From the NCBI GenBank assembly GCA_040218735.1, contig JAVJQW010000049.1:160001-224000 (forward strand): 64,000 nt of DNA. Reading direction: 5' to 3'. The DNA is from Deltaproteobacteria bacterium (lineage in GTDB: Bacteria > Myxococcota > Kuafuiibacteriia > Kuafuiibacteriales > Kuafuiibacteriaceae). The translations under genes and the position numbers were made by a program. The stretch's first letter is position 1, and each line of letters opens with the position of its first letter. Below the pieces are notes generated by a model. The model was not told the DNA's origin. It did not search any database and saw nothing but the letters and a program-made list of their open reading frames with translations. Positions 21,372 to 30,748 of this stretch are shown here, one piece after another.

Positions 21372-23105
21372 GTGACCGTGTCGAGATCATCCAGCCTGCT
21401 CGTGCTCCTGGCGATCGCGACGGGCTGCACCACCGAGGGCTACTACAGCCGCATGATCACGGCCCTCGAGCTGTACGACGCAGAGGCGCCCATGTTCGAG
21501 CCCGTCGAGCGGCGCGGCCACGACCTGCCCGAGGACATCGTCTACAAACAGACGAACCAGCACGACCCGTGTTGGTCCGGGATGCGTGTGTTCGAGATGG
21601 GCACCGACCTCGAGCGCGACCACATTCGTTACTACGCGTGCATCATCGACCACCGCGCGCGGATCGAGCTTCGGGACGAAGCCGGCGCCCCGGTTTCGTC
21701 GATCTCGATGAAGATGCGCGACCCCGCGCTTCGGCTCTACCCGGTCGTGGTCTTCCCACCCCCCGCCGCGGATGGCCGTGACCCGTATCCGCTGGAGGCG
21801 CGGCGCGAGTACCCGGCGCCGGTCGCGGTGGGCGACTTCGTACAGCTGAGGATCACCGCCGACGACGGTGTGTGGGACGACGAGGTCTACGACTACGAGG
21901 TCCCGCCGAGCATCACCGTCTCGCCGATCGAGGAGGGCGAGCGAATCCTCACGCTGAAGGTTCCGAAGTGGGCGCGGCGCGCGGTGTACGAGGTGGATCC
22001 CGTGGCCGTCGCCGTCGCCGTCGAGGGCTACCACCCGATCGAGCGCATCGCGCTGGCACCGTCCGAGCTGGACCTCGCCTACGGGGCGTCGGTCGAGGTG
22101 GAGGTGGTCGGCACGGACGACGTCGGTGCGGAGCGTCGCGTCGACGCGATCGTCACGAGCCGTGATGTCGAAGTCGCGACGCTCGTTTGCGACGGGGGAT
22201 CGTGCGCGGCGACCGGTCGCGGCGAGGGGACGACGAAACTCGTCGCCGAGTACCGCCGCGACGACGGGCGTGTCCTCGTGGCCGAGGCCTCCGTCGCCGG
22301 CCGCCGCCCGACGCTGGTCACCCTGGACGTGGTGCTCGACGCTCGAGCCGTACCGCTCGGCCGAGGGACCATCGCGCGCGCGATCGGGACGTACCAGGAC
22401 GGCAGCTTGGGCGACGTGACGAGCTCCGCGACCTGGTCATCGACCTCGGAGGCCACCGCGACGGTCTCCGCCGAAGGGGCGGTGGCGTCGGTCGCCGTGG
22501 GCACGACGCGGTTCATCGCGAGCTTCGAAGGCCGCACCGGCGAGAGCGCCGACTTCACCGTCGGGGAGCCGGTCGTGGACGTCATCGACATCGACCCGGC
22601 CGTCGTGCGGGTCCCGGTCGGGCGGACCCAGAGCTTCGACGTCGTCGCGCTCTACAGTGACGGCGCGAGCGTCGACCACTCCGACGACCTGTACGCGTTC
22701 TTTGTCGAGGACGCCGCGATCGCGCGCGTGACCGGCGACGGTGCGATCGAGGGGCTCGCGCAGGGCCAGACCGTGGTCACTGCGCGCTTCGACAGCGCGA
22801 CGGAGGCGAACGTGGTGGTCGTCCCGGTCGAGGTCGAGCCGGCTGCGTTGACGTCGATCGCGCTGTTGCCGTCCTCGTTGGTGCTCGCGGTCGGGCAGAC
22901 CTCGACGGTCGCCGCGGTGGGGACGTACTCTGACGGTTCGAGCTTCGACGTGACCGACCAGGTGAGCTGGGTCTCGACGGATCCGTTGGTCTGCGAGCCC
23001 AGCGAGGCCGGCCGCGTCCTCGGCGTCGGCGTCGGGAGCGCCGAGCTCACCGCCTCGATGGACGGCGTCGCCGCGACGATGGAAGTCACGGTCGACGTGC
23101 CGTAG
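21372..23105 (+). CDS. Lipoprotein with about four bacterial Ig-like (Big_2) repeats
   Basis: Lipobox IATG-C; repeats of the type IALLPSSLVLAVGQT...GTYSDGS..DVT..VSW.S. Confidence 0.8.
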   Translation: MTVSRSSSLLVLLAIATGCTTEGYYSRMITALELYDAEAPMFEPVERRGHDLPEDIVYKQTNQHDPCWSGMRVFEMGTDLERDHIRYYACIIDHRARIELRDEAGAPVSSISMKMRDPALRLYPVVVFPPPAADGRDPYPLEARREYPAPVAVGDFVQLRITADDGVWDDEVYDYEVPPSITVSPIEEGERILTLKVPKWARRAVYEVDPVAVAVAVEGYHPIERIALAPSELDLAYGASVEVEVVGTDDVGAERRVDAIVTSRDVEVATLVCDGGSCAATGRGEGTTKLVAEYRRDDGRVLVAEASVAGRRPTLVTLDVVLDARAVPLGRGTIARAIGTYQDGSLGDVTSSATWSSTSEATATVSAEGAVASVAVGTTRFIASFEGRTGESADFTVGEPVVDVIDIDPAVVRVPVGRTQSFDVVALYSDGASVDHSDDLYAFFVEDAAIARVTGDGAIEGLAQGQTVVTARFDSATEANVVVVPVEVEPAALTSIALLPSSLVLAVGQTSTVAAVGTYSDGSSFDVTDQVSWVSTDPLVCEPSEAGRVLGVGVGSAELTASMDGVAATMEVTVDVP

Positions 23106-23108
23106 CGC

Positions 23109-24200
23109 TCAGACGATCGCGGACCAGACGTCGGAGCCGGTCTGCACGCGGAGGAGGCGCTTCGTCTCCTTCGTCAGCACCAGCTCGCCCCCCTCGACGC
23201 GCGCCGCGCCGAGCACCGCGCGAAACTTGTACGGAGGCTTCGGGCTGCCGACCGAGATCAAACGTCGGTCGATGCGGTCGACGCGCTTGCGGCTCAGCAC
23301 CGCGGCTTCTTCGGCGTCGTCGATCGCGTTCGGGGAGACCGCGAAGCGGCGCGTCCCCTTCACGACGGTGATCTGATCCACCTCGGCTTCGAAGTGCGGA
23401 CCACCGTCGAAGGGATCGATGCGATCCGTGTAGGCGAAGCCGACCTTCTCGAGCATGCGTCGTACCGGTTTGGTGTCGTCGCCGACCTCGCCGATCAACG
23501 CGCGCACGTCGTCCGGGAGCAGCGACGCGTGGATGGTGTGCGGGAACAGGGAGATGATGAACTCCTTGTTCGTGTCGCTGAGTTTGTCGGCCTCCTGGTA
23601 GTCGAGGCCGGTGAAGCGACGACCGAGGTGCTCCCATAGGCGTGAGCGGCCATCGTCGAGGAGCGGGGGCATCAACTCGGAGATCACGCTGTCGCGGAAG
23701 TTGCGGCGGTACATCGCCATGAAGACGAACCGCACGAAGGACAACGGTTTGCCGAGCCCGTTCGCGCGTAGCTTCGGATCGAGGACCAAGGCGCCGATCT
23801 CCGAGGGGCCCTCGTAGTTGAAGCCGAGGCGCAGCGTGATGTGGCGGAAGTGTCGGTCGAGCGTCGTGGAGTAGCGCTCGTCCTCCATCACGTCGAAGAA
23901 GATGTGCGGCGCCTCGGGGTGCCCGTGCTGCGCGAAGATCATCGACGTCCCCGCGACGTGCCCCGATCCCGCGTCCTCCATGACGAACATGTAGTGGCGG
24001 CGGAAGGGATCCTCGATCTTGCCCGTGAAGCTCCGGCGCGCACCCGTGATGACGCGCTTGAGCACCTTCTTGTCGTGCGGGAAGTTGACCGAGTCGAGGT
24101 GTTTGGACAGCGCGTACAGCCCGTCGACGTCGCGCGGCTCGACCTCGCGGATGACGTACCGTCCCGCGGGTTTCTTCTTGCTGGCTCCCCTCTTGGCCAT
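23109..24200 (-). CDS. astA: Arginine N-succinyltransferase (AstA family)
   Basis: YMFVMED, GPSEIGALVLDP, LSFVRFVFMA, LWEHLGRRF, IDPFDGGP. Start trimmed to ATG 24200. Confidence 0.9.
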   Translation of the reverse strand: MAKRGASKKKPAGRYVIREVEPRDVDGLYALSKHLDSVNFPHDKKVLKRVITGARRSFTGKIEDPFRRHYMFVMEDAGSGHVAGTSMIFAQHGHPEAPHIFFDVMEDERYSTTLDRHFRHITLRLGFNYEGPSEIGALVLDPKLRANGLGKPLSFVRFVFMAMYRRNFRDSVISELMPPLLDDGRSRLWEHLGRRFTGLDYQEADKLSDTNKEFIISLFPHTIHASLLPDDVRALIGEVGDDTKPVRRMLEKVGFAYTDRIDPFDGGPHFEAEVDQITVVKGTRRFAVSPNAIDDAEEAAVLSRKRVDRIDRRLISVGSPKPPYKFRAVLGAARVEGGELVLTKETKRLLRVQTGSDVWSAIV

Positions 24201-24231
24201 CGGGCGGGGGGAACGTATCACTGATTCAGCG

Positions 24232-26985
24232 ATGGCCGACGCGGTTTTGGAGTCCGTACGCATCAGCGACGAAGCGCTCGACGCACTGCGTGCTCAGCAG
24301 GGCGAGGCCCGTCGCCTGCTGTCGAGGCTCGCGGACGACCAGGCGCCTCAGCTCGGCGCCTTCCTGGCCGCGCAGACGACCGCCTGCACCGACGAGCTCG
24401 TGCTGGGTGTCGTCGACGCGGCGCGCACGGTGCTGGACGACGAGACCGCCGCCGCGGGCGCGCGGGTCGCGCTGGTCGCGCTCGGGAGCTACGGCCGGCG
24501 CGAGCTATGTCCGTACTCCGACGTCGATCTGTTGTTCCTCGTCCCGGCGCAGGCCGACGAACGCATCCGCACCTTCGTCAACACGGTGCTGTACGGCCTG
24601 TGGGATCTCAACCTGGAGGTCGGCCACGCCGTGCGCACCGTCCTCGAGACGGTGAAGGCCGCGCGCAACGATCAATCGACGACGTCCGGGCTGCTCGACG
24701 CACGCCTCCTCGATGGCCCCGAGGAAGGCACGGCCGAGCGCGAGGAGGCCTACCAATCCCTCGTCGGCGCGATGCAGACCACACTCTCCGGCGAGCGCGC
24801 CGCGGAGTTCATCGAAGAGAAGCTCGACGAGGCGAAGCGTCGGCGAAAGCGCTACGGAAACACGGTCTTCCTGCTCGAGCCCAACGTGAAGGAGAGCGAC
24901 GGGGGGCTTCGGGAGCTGCACACCGCGATGTGGGTCGCGCGTGCGCGGTGGCGGACGCCGCGCGTGGAGGACTTGCTTCGGCTCGGTGTGTTGTCGACCC
25001 GCGAGGGGCGCTCGCTGCTGCGGTCGTACGGTTTCATGCTCCGCGTGCGCGCCGAGCTGCACCTCGCCGCGCAGCGCCGGCAAGACAACTTGCAGTTCGC
25101 GCACCAGGAGACGGTGGCGACGCGCTTGGGGTACGTGGATCCGGCGGAGCTCGACCTCGACCGCCGGACCCACGGCGTCGAGCGCTTCATGCGCGCGTAT
25201 TACTTCAACGCGAAGCAGCTCGCGTTGCTGTCGAAGCTGATCGTCGAGCGCGCGACGTCCCACCGGACGCGCCGCCAGCTCCACGCGCGCTCCGCGCCGG
25301 GGGACTTCAAGCTGTGGAACCAGATGCTCACGGTGAAGGAGCGCACGCAGTTCGAGCGCGACCCCGCCGCGCTGATGCGCATCTTCCGCGTCGCGCAGGA
25401 GGAGTCGCTCGAGATCTACAGCTACACGAAGGATCTCATCGTCGAATCGCGGGCGCTGTTCGACCGTCGGCTTCGGCGTGACCGGGACGTCGTCCGTGAC
25501 TTCCTCGCGGTGCTCGAAGACCCCCGCAACGACGCGACGACGGTGCGCACGATGCACGATCTCGGCGTCCTGAGGCGCATGATCCCGGAGTGGGCGCGCA
25601 TCACGGCGCGGTGGCAGCACTCGCTGTACCACGTGTACACCGTCGACGAGCACAGCATCGTCGTCTTCGACAACCTCAAGCAGCTCAAGCTCGGCGGCTA
25701 CGAGGAGGGCGCGCGGCACTTCGCGAAGGTGCTGTCGGATCTCCCGCGGCCGGCGGTCGTGTACCTCGCCGGGCTGCTCCACGACGTGGGCAAGGGGTGG
25801 CCGCGTGGCGACCACTCGATCCGGGGCGCGAAGGTGGCGCGTGTCGCGGGGCGACGATTGGAGGCCGCTGCGCTCGACGCGTGGACCGAGGAGGAGACCG
25901 AAGACCTCGCGTGGCTGGTCGAGAAGCACCTGCTCATGTCGGACATCTCGCAGCGTCGCGACATGTCGGACCCGAACCTGATCTCGGCGTTCGCAGAGGA
26001 CGTGCGATCGGTCGAGCGGCTCTCGATGCTCTACGTGCTGACCTACGCGGACATGAAGGGCACGTCGCCCAAGGTCTGGACGGAGTGGAAGGGTGCGCTG
26101 CTGCGCGAGCTGTACGAGCAGGCGTGCGCCGTGGTGCGGAAGGGCTCGTCGACCGCGGCGGCGCACTTCGCCGCGCGTCGTCGTCAGGCGCTCGCGTATC
26201 TCCTCGAGGCACGCGAGGAGCGGAACCTCGACGAGGTCACGGTGCGCGCGTTCGCGGAGCTCATGCCGGAGCGCTATATGCTGAGCTATCCGGCGCGCCG
26301 CATGTTGAGGCACGTCGAGATGTGGCGCGACGTGAGCCGGCGCGGCGGCCTCGCGGTGCACGTCCAGCACCTGCGGCGGGAGGGGAGCACGCGGCTGTCG
26401 GTGGTCTGCCCGGACCGCCCCGGGTTGCTCGCGCTGCTCGCGGGGGTGTTGGCGGCGCATCGGCTCCAGGTGATGTCGGCGCAGATCTTCTCGATTGATC
26501 TGCGCAACGCCGAGGTCGGCGACGGGCGCGCGGCGCTCGACGTGTTGTTCGTGCAGGACGAGCGCGGGCGCATCTGCGACGACAAGGAGCGGTGGGCCGC
26601 CGTGCGCGCGGATCTCGAGCGGGCGCTCGACGGTGCGATCGACGTCCCCGCGATCCTCGAACACCACCGGACGGGATCCTCGCTCGACCCCCGCACGCGC
26701 CCGAACGTGAAGACGGAGATCGAGGTCCACGGCGACGAGAGCGAGGCGGAGACGGTGATCGACGTCTTCTGTCAGGACCACCTCGGCGTGCTGCACACGA
26801 TCACCAAGGCGCTCGCGGACCAGGGCCTGTCGATCAGCCTCGCGAAGATCTCCACCCAGGGGGACCGCGTCGCGGACGGCTTCTACGTCACGGACGCGAA
26901 GACCGGAGCCAAGGTCACGGACGCGGCGCGGCTCGCGAAGATCACGGCGTTCTTGGAGTCTCGAATCGCGGCGGCGAGCGCCTGA
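24232..26985 (+). CDS. glnD: [Protein-PII] uridylyltransferase
   Basis: ALGSYGRRELCPYSDVDL, LEPNVKESDGGLR, HVYTVDEH, LLHDVGKG HD domain, two C-terminal ACT domains. Confidence 0.96.
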   Translation: MADAVLESVRISDEALDALRAQQGEARRLLSRLADDQAPQLGAFLAAQTTACTDELVLGVVDAARTVLDDETAAAGARVALVALGSYGRRELCPYSDVDLLFLVPAQADERIRTFVNTVLYGLWDLNLEVGHAVRTVLETVKAARNDQSTTSGLLDARLLDGPEEGTAEREEAYQSLVGAMQTTLSGERAAEFIEEKLDEAKRRRKRYGNTVFLLEPNVKESDGGLRELHTAMWVARARWRTPRVEDLLRLGVLSTREGRSLLRSYGFMLRVRAELHLAAQRRQDNLQFAHQETVATRLGYVDPAELDLDRRTHGVERFMRAYYFNAKQLALLSKLIVERATSHRTRRQLHARSAPGDFKLWNQMLTVKERTQFERDPAALMRIFRVAQEESLEIYSYTKDLIVESRALFDRRLRRDRDVVRDFLAVLEDPRNDATTVRTMHDLGVLRRMIPEWARITARWQHSLYHVYTVDEHSIVVFDNLKQLKLGGYEEGARHFAKVLSDLPRPAVVYLAGLLHDVGKGWPRGDHSIRGAKVARVAGRRLEAAALDAWTEEETEDLAWLVEKHLLMSDISQRRDMSDPNLISAFAEDVRSVERLSMLYVLTYADMKGTSPKVWTEWKGALLRELYEQACAVVRKGSSTAAAHFAARRRQALAYLLEAREERNLDEVTVRAFAELMPERYMLSYPARRMLRHVEMWRDVSRRGGLAVHVQHLRREGSTRLSVVCPDRPGLLALLAGVLAAHRLQVMSAQIFSIDLRNAEVGDGRAALDVLFVQDERGRICDDKERWAAVRADLERALDGAIDVPAILEHHRTGSSLDPRTRPNVKTEIEVHGDESEAETVIDVFCQDHLGVLHTITKALADQGLSISLAKISTQGDRVADGFYVTDAKTGAKVTDAARLAKITAFLESRIAAASA

Positions 26986-26991
26986 CGGAGG

Positions 26992-28119
26992 TCAGCGTCG
27001 ACGTCGGGCGCGGCGACGTTTGTTGCGCCGCTTCTTCTCGATCTTGGGGTCGGGCTTGCCGTCGAGGTGGAGCACCGACAGGAACCCGATCGTCCCCTTC
27101 GCCGACTGCGCGAGGACGAAGCCGTCCTTCGCCGGGAAGTCCGGGTAGATCGTGACAGCCGCACCCTTACGGAGGCGCGCGGAGTGTTTGCCGGGCGCGG
27201 GGCGCGAGAACAGCCGCGTGCGGCGGGGGAGGGTGCGCTCGATGCTCGCGCCGATGTTCACGCGGCCGAGGTCTTCTTCCTTGGGCGCCGTCGTCGGGGC
27301 GGCGCGCGTCGGGCGCGGCGCGATGAGCGGGATCTCCTCCGGCGCGGGCGTCGGGGCCGGAGCGGCCGCGGCTGCGGCGACGGGGGCTTCGACGGGGGCC
27401 GGGGGGGTGACGCGGTTCGCCGGCGCCGCTTGCGGCTCCGAGCTGCGCACCTGCAGGAGCACCAGCACGAGGACGGCGGCGAGCGCGTACGGCGCAGCGA
27501 CGAACACGAGCTGCTTCTTGCGCGGCATCGCCTCGAACTTGCGGAGCGCGGCGACGGAGTGTTCGCCGATCGTGGAGGCAAAACGCACGCCGCGTTCGGC
27601 GGCGACGGTCGAGGCGCGGCGCGCGTACTCGCGCGCGCGGAAGAGGGCGTCGTTCTTCACCACCATCGCGTCGGCGATCACGGACTCTTCGCGGCGGAGG
27701 TGGACGTCGGGCTCACCGAACTCCGTGGGCGGCGGCAAGGGGAACTGTTTCAGGCTCCCCCCGACGGTCGCGTCGCCCTTGGGGCGGCGTCCGAAGGAGG
27801 ACACGTGGGAGGCGGGGCGCGTGAGGCGCGGCGCCGTGCGTCGACGGACCGGCCGCGGCGGAGGGACGGCGCCGCTCGCGTCCTCGAAGGGCCACTGGGC
27901 GCGCTCTTCGCCCGAGCCGTCGGGCGAGGGCACGAGCTCGAGGTGCCGATTCGAACGTTGGCTCGGGAGCGGCGGCGGCTCCGGGATGGCGAGCGTGTCC
28001 TCTTCGAGGTGGTGGTGCCCGCGCTCGGTCGCATCCTCGGGCGCGAGTGACCCCCGGGTGGTGCCTTCTTCACGCTCCGCCGGCATGCTCGCTTCAGAGT
28101 TCACGACGGATAGGCTCAT
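26992..28119 (-). CDS. Hypothetical membrane protein with Pro/Ala linker and possible C-terminal SH3-like domain
   Basis: Disordered N-terminus, one TM helix (LVFVAAPYALAAVLVLVLL), RLRKGAAVTI...GTIGFLSVLHL, basic tail. Confidence 0.6.
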   Translation of the reverse strand: MSLSVVNSEASMPAEREEGTTRGSLAPEDATERGHHHLEEDTLAIPEPPPLPSQRSNRHLELVPSPDGSGEERAQWPFEDASGAVPPPRPVRRRTAPRLTRPASHVSSFGRRPKGDATVGGSLKQFPLPPPTEFGEPDVHLRREESVIADAMVVKNDALFRAREYARRASTVAAERGVRFASTIGEHSVAALRKFEAMPRKKQLVFVAAPYALAAVLVLVLLQVRSSEPQAAPANRVTPPAPVEAPVAAAAAAPAPTPAPEEIPLIAPRPTRAAPTTAPKEEDLGRVNIGASIERTLPRRTRLFSRPAPGKHSARLRKGAAVTIYPDFPAKDGFVLAQSAKGTIGFLSVLHLDGKPDPKIEKKRRNKRRRARRRR

Positions 28120-28238
28120 CAGCAATCCGCGAACCGACCGAGGTTGTTCGGGGATCGGGTGTCCCTGGGGCCCGACCGACCGTCGGTCGGGGAGGACTGT
28201 CGTCACCAGCGGGGGCCGCGGCCCACGATCGGGTCGGC

Positions 28239-28811
28239 TTACGCGGCGGTGCGGCGCTCCGAGAACCACCCGTCGATGAAGCGGTCGAGCGCCGCCCAGT
28301 CCGTCAGCTCGAAGTCGCGGGTGACGTCGGTCGGGGCGCCCTGTTTGGCCGCGATACGGCCCATCAGGTGCCGCACGAGCCAGCCGTACTTCGTGTAGCG
28401 CAGCGCGCCGGCGATGGGGGCGGCGAGCGTCGGGCGCCACGTGGTCGCGGCGTAGAACGCCTCGAGCATGTGCACGATCTCGCGCTTCGCCTCCTCGCGG
28501 CGCTCCGCGGGCTGCGTCTCGTCCTCGACCGTCGCCTCCGTGAGGCAGACCGAGAGGAACGCGGTGGGGACGGCGTCGAGCGCCTCCCGGTGGCTCCGGA
28601 CGAATTCGACCATCTCCTTTTCGTGGCGTCCGAGGTGCACCGACGCGACGAGGATCGCCGCGTCGTACGCCCGCGGATCGAGGGCCGGCTCGACGCGAGC
28701 TGCGTCGCGAAGGTCCACCGTCGCCCCGTCGTCCTGCAGACGCCGGGTGACGTGCTCCGCGACTCGCTTCGCTTGGCCTTCGCGTGTGGCGTAGACAATC
28801 AGGGTTCGCAT
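28239..28811 (-). CDS. hemG: HemG-like flavodoxin (menaquinone-dependent protoporphyrinogen IX dehydrogenase)
   Basis: LIVYATREGQA, ASVHLG, AFLSVCL, AGALRYTKY, DFELTDW. Confidence 0.85.
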   Translation of the reverse strand: MRTLIVYATREGQAKRVAEHVTRRLQDDGATVDLRDAARVEPALDPRAYDAAILVASVHLGRHEKEMVEFVRSHREALDAVPTAFLSVCLTEATVEDETQPAERREEAKREIVHMLEAFYAATTWRPTLAAPIAGALRYTKYGWLVRHLMGRIAAKQGAPTDVTRDFELTDWAALDRFIDGWFSERRTAA

Positions 28812-28824
28812 CGTTCGACTCCTT

Positions 28825-29727
28825 TCATCCCAAGAGCGTCCCCGCGGCCGCGCCCAGCGCGAACAAGAGGAACGCGATCAGCGTCCAGGCCTGCGCCGGG
28901 ACGATCTCAGCGGTGGTCTTCGCGTGTCGTAGGCGCCACGCCGCGCGCGCGGCGGGCACGAACCCGACGAGCCCGAGGCCGACCCACGGCGACAGGCCCC
29001 ACGCGGGGGCGAGCACGGTCAGCACGAACGCCGTCGCAACCAACGTTGCGAAGAGCGTCGCGCCGCGGCGCTTGCCGAGCCGGACCACGAGCGTTCGTTT
29101 GCCGACGGAGGCGTCCGCGTCGTGATCCGGGAGCTCGTTGACCAGCAGGAACGCGGCGATAAGGAGCCCGAGCGGGAGCGCGAGCCACAGGTGGCGCGAC
29201 GCGATCGTTTGGCGCTGCACGAGGTACGTCCCGGCCGCGATCAGCGGGCCGTAGGCGAGGGCGACGGCGGCTTCACCCAGGCCGCGGTACGACAGCTTCA
29301 GCGGAGGGGCGTGATAGAAGAACGCGAGCGCGGCGCCCACGACGCCGAAGAGCAGCACTTCGGGGGCGCGTCCCCACACGATCAGCAGGCCGACGGCCGC
29401 GCCGAGCGCGTAGAAGGTCGCGGCGACGAGCGCGGTCTGACGACGCGTCATCAGGCCGTCGATCAGGACACGCTTGCCGCCGGAGAAGGGGCTTCGGTCG
29501 GCGTCGGTGACCGCCGCGTCCGTGCCGGAGTCGAAGTCGAAGATCTCCCCCGACGCGTTCTTGGCGGCTTCGAAGAAGAAGATCCCCACGACCGTGAGGA
29601 CGAGCCACCCGATCGACAGGGGCCCGTCCGCCGCCGCGCTCGCCGCGCCGATCACCATCGACGCCACCGACGCGAGCGTGATCTTAGGATCCGCGACGCG
29701 CCAGATTCCTTCGGTCAGCCCGCTCAT
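28825..29727 (-). CDS. MenA-like UbiA-family prenyltransferase
   Basis: Multi-TM. FDFDSGTD, SPFSGG, YHAPPLKLSYRGLGE, NELPDHDAD..VGKRTLVVRLG. Confidence 0.85.
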   Translation of the reverse strand: MSGLTEGIWRVADPKITLASVASMVIGAASAAADGPLSIGWLVLTVVGIFFFEAAKNASGEIFDFDSGTDAAVTDADRSPFSGGKRVLIDGLMTRRQTALVAATFYALGAAVGLLIVWGRAPEVLLFGVVGAALAFFYHAPPLKLSYRGLGEAAVALAYGPLIAAGTYLVQRQTIASRHLWLALPLGLLIAAFLLVNELPDHDADASVGKRTLVVRLGKRRGATLFATLVATAFVLTVLAPAWGLSPWVGLGLVGFVPAARAAWRLRHAKTTAEIVPAQAWTLIAFLLFALGAAAGTLLG

Positions 29728-30617
29728 GGCGCCCCCGCTCGGTACGCGGGACGGAAGACCTCCCGCGCAAACATCTCGATCGTCGTCTCGGTCCGCAGCG
29801 GTGGTGTCGGCGGAGCGCCGCCGAGCACGCCGGCGTCGAGCGCTTCGTACAGCTCGACGACGCGCGCCGCCGCGTCGGCCGACATCCCGAGGTTCGCCAT
29901 CGCCTCCCGCGCGGCGGTCGGAGGCACCGTGACGTGCTGCACCGGCGCGCCGATCGCTTGGGCGATCGCTCGGGCGTCTTCGTCGAAGGTGACCCGCCGC
30001 GGCCCCTCCAGCTCCAGCGTCCGCTGGTCGGTGAAGCTCGGGTCGAGGAGCGCGTTCGCGGCGACTTCGGCGACGTCGCGCGTCGCGATGCGCGGGATGC
30101 GGCAGGCCCCCCGCACCGGGAAGAAGAACGCGCCCTGCTCGCGGACGGAGGCGACCGACCACAGGTCGTTGTCCATGAAGTAGGCGGGGCGGAGGTGCAG
30201 CACGTCGGCGGACGTGGCGTCGAGCGCCCGCTCCACGGCGCGGTTCCCGCGGATGGGACCGGTCGCTGCATCGAGGTGCGCGCCGAACGACGAGAGGTGG
30301 ACGACGCGAGGGACGCCGCAGCGCTGGATCGCCTGCGCGGCGCGCTCGCCGAACTGGGTGTAGCGCGCGACGACGTCGTCCGCGTCGTAGCTGGGCGGGG
30401 TCAGCCAGAACACCGCGTCGACGCCGTCGAACGCGCGCGCGAGGACCTCGGGATCGTCGAGGCTCCCCGCGACGACCCCGGCGCCGCGCCCGCGCGCCGC
30501 AGAGACCATCGCGTTGTCGGGGGACCGCGCGATGACCCGCAGGTCCGCGCCGGCTTCGAGGAGCCGCGCGAGGACGGCGTGCCCGACCTGCCCGGTCGGC
30601 GTGGTTACGGCGTACAT
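29724..30617 (-). CDS. NmrA-family NAD(P)H-binding protein
   Basis: TTPTGQVG, AFDGVDAVF, HLSSFGA, LRPAYFMDN, IATRDVAEVAA. Confidence 0.9.
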   Translation of the reverse strand: MYAVTTPTGQVGHAVLARLLEAGADLRVIARSPDNAMVSAARGRGAGVVAGSLDDPEVLARAFDGVDAVFWLTPPSYDADDVVARYTQFGERAAQAIQRCGVPRVVHLSSFGAHLDAATGPIRGNRAVERALDATSADVLHLRPAYFMDNDLWSVASVREQGAFFFPVRGACRIPRIATRDVAEVAANALLDPSFTDQRTLELEGPRRVTFDEDARAIAQAIGAPVQHVTVPPTAAREAMANLGMSADAAARVVELYEALDAGVLGGAPPTPPLRTETTIEMFAREVFRPAYRAGAP

Positions 30618-30676
30618 GCCGTGAGGAGGAGCAACGTCTGCGCCATGCGCAGCCCGTCGTGATGTGCCGCGCGCCG

Positions 30677-30690
30677 TTACGGATTCGTAA
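30677..30690. promoter_or_regulatory. AT-rich near-palindrome, candidate operator of the nmrA-menA-hemG operon
   Basis: TTACGGATTCGTAA (6 of 7 pairs), 60 bp upstream of the nmrA-like start. Confidence 0.3.
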
Positions 30691-30748
30691 GCCTACCGGC
30701 GCCCGCGGTGTCCTATGCAGGTTCGATCACCGGGAGCTGCCTGCACTG

